NCBI GenBank assembly: GCA_037443365.1
Contig: JBBIOM010000035.1
Location: 1,284-19,925 of the forward strand
Source: Armatimonadota bacterium
GTDB lineage: Bacteria; Sysuimicrobiota; Sysuimicrobiia; Sysuimicrobiales; Humicultoraceae
Length of the DNA: 18,642 nt
Reading direction: 5' to 3'
Shown: positions 16,978 through 18,642 of the stretch, piece after piece
Layout: each line of letters opens with the position of its first letter
How positions within the stretch are numbered: position 1 is the first letter of the stretch
Program-made: the position numbers and the translations under genes
Notes under the pieces: model-generated
Told to the model about the DNA's origin: nothing
Seen by the model: the letters and a program-made list of their open reading frames with translations, nothing else
Databases searched by the model: none

Positions 16978-17733
16978 CTATAGCCAGTGAACGCGCGGCG
17001 CGTACCGCTCCACGAGCCGGCGGTTTGCCTCCTCGCCGCCCGGAACATTGGCGCTGGTCCACACCGGCGGTACGATGCCCCGCGCCAGCAGCGTCTCGAC
17101 GGTCGCCGCCACAAGGGCCTGTAGCGCAAAGGCGTTGAGCACCGTTGATGCGGGGCCCACCAGCTGCTCGGAACCCTCGAACCCCAGGACCGCGTCGGGG
17201 GAGGGCATCTTCGTGTCAATCACGAGGTCGGCGAGATCGCATAGGTCCTGCCGCGACGGGTGGCGGGCAGGGTGGTCGTGCGGCGTTCCGCGCGAGAAGG
17301 CCGACGAGGTCACCCCGATCAATGGAATCCCGTGCTCCCTGGCCCACAGCGCCGCGTCAATCGTCACGGCGTTGATGCCGTAGGCATTGACCACGACCAG
17401 CGCGTCCTGCGGCGTGAGCGGGTAGCCGGCCAGCACCCGCTGCGCGTAGCCTGGGAGCCGCTCAACCGCGGTCGAGCGCCGCCCTCCAAACGACAGGGAA
17501 ACGCCGGGATCCAGGATTGGATACACCGCGGCGAGCCCGCCGGCCCGGTAGAACATCTCCTCGGCCCCCATGTACGAGTGCCCACCGGTCCCGAAGACGA
17601 AGATCAGGCGGTCGCGCGCCACCACGTCGGCAAGCAGACCCGCGGCACGGGCAATGCTGTCCTTCTCTTCGCTCGCGACCCGCGCGAGCAGGGTGCCGAT
17701 CGCGGCGTGATACCGTTCGAGCGCCCGCATCAT
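16978..17733 (-). CDS. SIS-domain sugar-phosphate-binding protein, UPF0309 family (NagS-like)
   Basis: VFGTGGHS...EEMFYRAGGL, ERLPGYA, GIN, GVTS, RHPS..L.DLADLVID...DA, GPAST and PPVWTSANVPGG. ATGA overlap with the upstream gene. Confidence 0.88.
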   Translation of the reverse strand: MMRALERYHAAIGTLLARVASEEKDSIARAAGLLADVVARDRLIFVFGTGGHSYMGAEEMFYRAGGLAAVYPILDPGVSLSFGGRRSTAVERLPGYAQRVLAGYPLTPQDALVVVNAYGINAVTIDAALWAREHGIPLIGVTSSAFSRGTPHDHPARHPSRQDLCDLADLVIDTKMPSPDAVLGFEGSEQLVGPASTVLNAFALQALVAATVETLLARGIVPPVWTSANVPGGEEANRRLVERYAPRVHWL

Positions 17734-18638
17734 CCCGTACCCCCTTTGCCGTCCGCGCGCTCGACGAGCGCGCGGATGTACGCGTGCGCCTCTCGGTACT
17801 GCGCTTCGAGGTCGGGGACACCTCCAACGTCAATCCCGACGTAACCGTCGAAGCCATGGCGGCGCAGCCCGCGGAAGAGCGCCTCCCAGTCCACGGTCCC
17901 GCGCCCGGGCGCAAGGTGATCGTTGTCGCGGCCGTCGTTGTCCGACGCGTGAACGTAGAGGATGCGCCGCCCGAGCTTCTCCACCGACAGCGGCAGGATC
18001 TCCTTCTGCGCGTGCAGGTGCCCGGTGTCGAGCACGGCGCCAAACGCGGGGTCGCCTACGTGCTCGATCAGACGCAGCAGCGCGTCGGTGTTGCTGACCA
18101 GTTCCCCTACCCGCGGCTCCAGGCACAGACGAAGCCCGGCGTCGCGGGCGATCGTCGCGCACTCGCGCACCGTCTCGACCAGGATGCCCCACGTGCGCTG
18201 CCATGAGAACCCTTCGGGCACGCGCACGTCGAACTGCCGCCGGAACTCGACCGCCTCGGCGTAGGGCTTGTGCGCAACGAACTCGACCGGGGCGGCGTAG
18301 CTGTCGACCTGCACCGTTGGCGCTTCGAAGTAGACGGCGAGCTCGACCGCCAAGTGAAACAGGTCAAGCGCCCGACGACGGCGCTCGCCGTCGGGGCTGA
18401 CGAGATCGGGCAGCACCGGGCAGAAGTTCATCACGCGCAGCCCCAGGTCGTGGCAGTGCCGCCTCAAGTCGGCGCGGGCCGCGTAGACCGCCCGCATGTT
18501 CTCCTCGCGGACACCCTCCAGCTCGGCGGCGTCGAAGCCCAGGGCCGACATCTCGGCCAGGGCCTTGTGCGTATCCGGGATCGAGGGCGGGTAGCCGTAC
18601 TTGTCGATGGCGTAGAGCCAGCAGCAGTTGATCCTCAT
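17730..18638 (-). CDS. Sugar phosphate isomerase/epimerase family TIM-barrel protein (IolE/XylA-like, AP_endonuc_2)
   Basis: LGFDAAELE, LCLEPR, LDTGHL, HASDNDG..NDHLAPGRGTVDW and GFDGYVGID. The start is at the window edge, so the SD is not visible. Confidence 0.88.
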   Translation of the reverse strand: MRINCCWLYAIDKYGYPPSIPDTHKALAEMSALGFDAAELEGVREENMRAVYAARADLRRHCHDLGLRVMNFCPVLPDLVSPDGERRRRALDLFHLAVELAVYFEAPTVQVDSYAAPVEFVAHKPYAEAVEFRRQFDVRVPEGFSWQRTWGILVETVRECATIARDAGLRLCLEPRVGELVSNTDALLRLIEHVGDPAFGAVLDTGHLHAQKEILPLSVEKLGRRILYVHASDNDGRDNDHLAPGRGTVDWEALFRGLRRHGFDGYVGIDVGGVPDLEAQYREAHAYIRALVERADGKGGTG

Positions 18639-18642
18639 GTGG

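Overview
Very GC-rich bacterial chromosomal window with no mobile elements or CRISPR. It has four blocks. (1) A + strand housekeeping run rqcP/yabO - eno - divIC/ftsB - yabR-like S1 (250-2772), preceded by a divergent partial gene and a 30-bp near-perfect palindrome. (2) A - strand, tightly coupled run (9166->2782): small hypothetical, GloC/YcbL-like metallo-beta-lactamase-fold hydrolase, alpha/beta hydrolase, pxpA (LamB/YcsF) without pxpBC, a heterodimeric ABC exporter pair, and a small helical hypothetical. (3) A + strand sugar uptake operon (9200-14737): nanE, carbohydrate ABC binding protein, two permeases, a TIM-barrel epimerase and an M55 D-aminopeptidase. (4) A convergent - strand block (18638->14751): TIM-barrel isomerase, UPF0309 SIS protein (NagS-like), nagA, tRNA-Glu(CUC) and a second M55 peptidase. 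The best candidate for an undescribed system is the bipartite amino-sugar locus (NanE + NagS-like SIS + NagA + two epimerases + two M55 peptidases + importer). Bacillota-like gene order, sigmaH-like promoters and a non-lipoprotein binding protein suggest a diderm Terrabacteria lineage such as Armatimonadota/CSP1-3 (inference only). All calls rest on motif recognition by eye; no searches were run.
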